A stretch of 40,343 nucleotides of DNA. It comes from a virus. Below are positions 37,137 to 40,343 of the stretch, piece after piece. The stretch covers positions 1 through 40,343 of the IMG/VR virus record IMGVR_UViG_3300045988_036893; one strand, 5' to 3'. The stretch's first letter is position 1. Every line of letters begins with the position of its first letter. The position numbers and the translations under genes were made by a program. The notes below the pieces were generated by a model that saw only the letters and a program-made list of their open reading frames with translations, was not told where the DNA came from and made no database searches.

Positions 37137-37987
37137 ATTACCGTTACACCCGCACTTTCTTCCGCAAACGAAACACTCATCTCAACGTTTTCAAGCCCAC
37201 TGTCCGCAGTAGGCTTCCACGCATTATCGCCCGTATGGATTCTGTACAGTGTACTTTCAAGCGTAAGTGCACCCCGGCAGTCACCGTCCTTAGAGCTTGT
37301 GACCGTTGTTTTCCCGTGCGATGTCTTGATAACGACGCGCTCATCTTCCACAAGCGTTTTTTCCAGCCGCAGCACTTCACCTGTCAGCATGTTTTCAATG
37401 CCTACGTTTGTTGCCGTCTCGCCAACGCAATTGATTTCCAGAATAAACGGAACATCAAACTGCCCGAAATTCTGCAAAACAATGTATTTCAGCACAATGA
37501 CTTTGCCGAAATAATACGTTTTGCTGATATTCCATGGGAATTTAAAACCTTTTTGCACGCCGCGCAGCTGCATTGCTTTTCGTTCTCCACTTTCCCAATA
37601 CGGGTAGGGGGCAAGCAAGCCAAGCTGAAACGGCGCACCGCGTTTTGATGGGCCAATGGTAGGCGATGCCGTTACAATAACGTCTATGTGCCAGTCTCCG
37701 GCATATAACACTCCGGTAAGGTCAGGTCGTACAACGGTCGTAAGCGCGTCTTTCAGCGCTTGCGCGTCTTTGCCTATAACTCTGCCATTGATGGTAATAG
37801 GCCGCGTCTGAATGGCCTTAGATTGCACCGTAGCGCCTACTTGACCTATGCCCTGCGCCGTGTTGGCAGTGATCGAAATTGTATCAATGCCATCCGGCTT
37901 ACTGATAAGATAACCATGATCATAGTCAAACACGATAGACTGCCCCAGCGAGTTGACGTATTTAAAAGTCTTGCTTAAAAAACTCAT
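37133..37987 (-). CDS. distal tail protein (Dit, Sipho_tail family)
   Basis: ATG at 37987 overlaps the TMP stop (ATGA). It is 284 aa. Confidence 0.75.
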   Translation of the reverse strand: MSFLSKTFKYVNSLGQSIVFDYDHGYLISKPDGIDTISITANTAQGIGQVGATVQSKAIQTRPITINGRVIGKDAQALKDALTTVVRPDLTGVLYAGDWHIDVIVTASPTIGPSKRGAPFQLGLLAPYPYWESGERKAMQLRGVQKGFKFPWNISKTYYFGKVIVLKYIVLQNFGQFDVPFILEINCVGETATNVGIENMLTGEVLRLEKTLVEDERVVIKTSHGKTTVTSSKDGDCRGALTLESTLYRIHTGDNAWKPTADSGLENVEMSVSFAEESAGVTVI

Positions 37988-40343
37988 ATCGCCCACCTCG
38001 CCCGCTGAAAATACGCTGCTGTACTTGCTGCCAGTTCAACCGGCGTCTGCTTTGCCGCGTAAATATTTTGCGTCAGGGTAAAACCGTTGCTGCTGCCCTT
38101 ACCGCGTCTGTAACTGTCCGCCTCATCGGCTGTCAGCACCATCTCGCCGCGATGCAGATTTGCAACGTAGTTGTTATAAGGGACATAATCCATGCCGCCT
38201 GCGTGGCTGCCGTCAGACCCCGTATTGTTTTTCACATCACTTGCATTGATGACAAAAATGCTCTTGATGCCATCCCACAAGCCCTGCACAAAGCTGACAA
38301 GACCACCCCAAACAGCCGCAATGCCGCCCTTGATGCCCTCTACAACGTTTTGGCCGACCGTAGAGAAAAAGTCAAACGCACCTTCAAAGATGCCCTGAAT
38401 CGACTCCCACGCGCTCTGAAAGTCACCGGACAACACAGCGTCAATCGTAGAGAACACGCCAGTAATCAAATTAAACACAGTCTGGAAAAAGCTTACCGCA
38501 ACATTCCAGATGCTTTGAATGATGATCCACGCGCCCTGAAAGAATCCGCTGATAATCGGTGCAAAAGGTGCAAAGATAACCACAATTGCCTGAAAGATAG
38601 CCTGAAAGAATGCGCTTGCCCATGCCCATACAGTCTGTACAAGGCTCCATGCAGCGCTGAACGCTTCACCGATGCTCTGTATAACCGGGGTCAAATCTGT
38701 AATGACCTGCGTAACGACCTGCCCGATAACCTGCATAGCCGCTTCAACATAGGGCTGCACCCATGCTACAAGCTCTTCGATTTTTGCCCAGATGTTTTCA
38801 ATAACGCCATTTACAGAATTTCTGAAATCTTCGTTCTTCGCATACAGCACAGCCAAAATACCAACCAGTGCGCCAATTGCAACCACAACCAGTGTAATTG
38901 GGTTTGCTGCCAAAACCGCATTAAAAGCGGCTTGCGCTTTTGCCGCTGCCGCCTGTGCCAACGTCATAAGAGAAATCTTCCCTGTAAGCAATCCGGCAAG
39001 AACTTCGGATGCCTTTAATGTGCCATTGAGCGCGCCCTGTGCAATTTCCGTGTCAGAAAGCCCCATGCTGAACAAAGAAACAGCAACTTTGGCTTCGTCA
39101 AAGGCCGTTGCCATTTTTTGGATTTTCGTCCCGATTTGCCAGCCTTTTACAGCTGCACCAACCGTCACAAGTGCTGGTGCGATTTCTTCAATTACAGGCA
39201 CGACTTCTTCAGCCGCTGTTTTAACATTATCAAAAATGTCAAGCAAGAACGAAAAGTCAGAGTTTTCAATCGCGCTTGTCAGCCCGGAAATAATTGCATC
39301 GCCAAAAAAAGAAAACACATCAGCAACAATGGGCTGCAATTCGCTTGCTACGCTGCTTAACCCGCCGAAAAGTGTCTGCAAGCCCTCTTCAATAGTCGGT
39401 TCAAGCTCCATAATCACACCGCTCACATAAGGCGCAAGCTGTGTGACCAGTTCGCTCAAACCATCAATCAAAGTAGGCACAATTTCTTTGATGCGCGGTA
39501 TAATGTTGTTTCCGGCAGTAATAACGCTGTCAACAAGGTTGTCCACCAAGGCTTGAAAGTTTTGCTCCGGGTCTGCAATTCCGGTCAAAAGATTTTCCCA
39601 AGCGCTCTTCATCGACGCTGTACTGCCTTGAATTGTAGTTGCAGCTTCCTTGCTGGTTGTTCCCATGATGCCCATGTTGGCCTGCACGACATGAATCGCT
39701 TGTACAATGTTCGCATAGGACATACTGTTGGAATCGACCGTAACACCAAGCTCTTTCTGCGTGTCCGTCATGGCAGCGGCTTCTTTGATAAGCCGCTTCA
39801 TTTCAGCTTGCGTGCCGCCGTAGCCAAGCTTTAGGTTGTCAAGCATTGTGTAGTTCTGCTTCGCGAAGCCGTTATATGCGTCTTGGATGGACGAAATATT
39901 CGTACCCATTTTGTTCGCATTATCGGACATATCCGAAATTGCAGTATTTGCCATTTCAGCGGCTTTTTCTGTGTTACCGCCCAAACTTGAAACCAGTGCC
40001 GCCGCAAACGATGTGGATGTTTCCATGTAATCATTTGCTGAAAGACCCACATTTTTGTATGCGTCTTTTGCGTAGTTCTCTATGATTCCCGCGCTATCTT
40101 TGTACAGCGTTTCCACGCCGCCGACAAGCTGCTCATACTCTCCGTAGCTATCCAGAGATGCCTTGCCGATTGAAATTGCCGCGCCAGTTGCCATTTTGCC
40201 TATGTTAACAAATCCGTTTGCAACATTGCGCAGACCGTCTGTAACAACGTTTCCTAGCACGGTGCCGGAAAAAACGTCCATCAGAGAGGAAGCCCCGCCC
40301 TTTGCCTTTTCTACGCCTTTTTCGTATTCGCTTGTGTTTAGGC
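37984..40343 (-). CDS. tape measure protein (body; the start lies at position 86 across the circular junction)
   Basis: It is long, Ala/Gly-rich and helical with hydrophobic segments, upstream of Dit. The frame is open to the window end and continuous with 55..86. Confidence 0.9.
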   Translation of the reverse strand, partial: LNTSEYEKGVEKAKGGASSLMDVFSGTVLGNVVTDGLRNVANGFVNIGKMATGAAISIGKASLDSYGEYEQLVGGVETLYKDSAGIIENYAKDAYKNVGLSANDYMETSTSFAAALVSSLGGNTEKAAEMANTAISDMSDNANKMGTNISSIQDAYNGFAKQNYTMLDNLKLGYGGTQAEMKRLIKEAAAMTDTQKELGVTVDSNSMSYANIVQAIHVVQANMGIMGTTSKEAATTIQGSTASMKSAWENLLTGIADPEQNFQALVDNLVDSVITAGNNIIPRIKEIVPTLIDGLSELVTQLAPYVSGVIMELEPTIEEGLQTLFGGLSSVASELQPIVADVFSFFGDAIISGLTSAIENSDFSFLLDIFDNVKTAAEEVVPVIEEIAPALVTVGAAVKGWQIGTKIQKMATAFDEAKVAVSLFSMGLSDTEIAQGALNGTLKASEVLAGLLTGKISLMTLAQAAAAKAQAAFNAVLAANPITLVVVAIGALVGILAVLYAKNEDFRNSVNGVIENIWAKIEELVAWVQPYVEAAMQVIGQVVTQVITDLTPVIQSIGEAFSAAWSLVQTVWAWASAFFQAIFQAIVVIFAPFAPIISGFFQGAWIIIQSIWNVAVSFFQTVFNLITGVFSTIDAVLSGDFQSAWESIQGIFEGAFDFFSTVGQNVVEGIKGGIAAVWGGLVSFVQGLWDGIKSIFVINASDVKNNTGSDGSHAGGMDYVPYNNYVANLHRGEMVLTADEADSYRRGKGSSNGFTLTQNIYAAKQTPVELAASTAAYFQRARWAI
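40289..40343. repeat. second copy of the 55-nt terminal repeat
   Basis: Identical to 1..55. Confidence 0.95.

Larger units (their letters stand above)
1..40343. mobile_element. complete circularly closed temperate phage genome (siphovirus-type gene order; unique length 40288 bp)
   Basis: Full set of integration, regulation, replication, packaging, head, tail and lysis modules. The 55-nt terminal overlap closes the circle inside an intact ORF. Confidence 0.85.

Noticed and set aside
38068-39430. Several plus-strand ORFs (316, 212 and 80 aa) inside the tape measure region.
   Set aside because: They are antisense to the continuous 796-aa tape measure frame. They have no RBS and their translations are low complexity.

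Overview
The window is a complete, circularly closed genome of a temperate siphovirus-type phage. RBS usage and gene families (PBSX-type terminase, XkdX-like, GerE-like, RecT/DUF1351) suggest a Firmicutes/Clostridia-like host. Bases 1-55 are identical to bases 40289-40343, so the unique length is 40288 bp, and the tape measure gene reads through that junction. Almost all genes are on the minus strand. In minus-strand order they run: switch region (about 23208-22673), small HTH, frameshifted BRO/KilAC antirepressor, XRE regulator, a 320-bp repeat array, then the recombination/replication module (DUF1351, RecT, MBL hydrolase, replisome organizer with an internal ori-like repeat block, RusA). About 15 small genes and a sigma-like late activator follow. 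Next are a tRNA / structured-RNA island (11057-10260) and a second roughly 500-nt structured non-coding unit ending in a terminator just before terS. The late genes follow: terS, terL, portal, MuF-like, gp10-like, scaffold, capsid, connectors, major tail, and G/GT chaperones with a -1 frameshift. Then come tape measure (across the junction), Dit, Tal-like, fibers, M23+GH25 endolysin, holin and a GerE-like HTH. Tandem terminators and a 9-ORF cargo operon that abuts attP complete the strand. The plus strand carries the tyrosine integrase, an AT-rich 301-aa orphan gene, two small genes, and a promoter-to-terminator unit of about 295 nt with no credible ORF. Four items most deserve follow-up. (1) There is an RNA/antisense-type switch architecture where a CI repressor gene would normally sit. 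(2) There are large structured non-coding regions with a tRNA-like module, two tRNAs and covarying repeated hairpin motifs upstream of the packaging genes. (3) The compositionally odd cargo operon lies next to attP. (4) Two autonomous low-GC inserts sit in or near the tail module and the integrase. Four accessory genes carry reading-frame disruptions, two of them with clear mutational signatures. All homology statements come from motif recognition by eye; no searches or computations were run.
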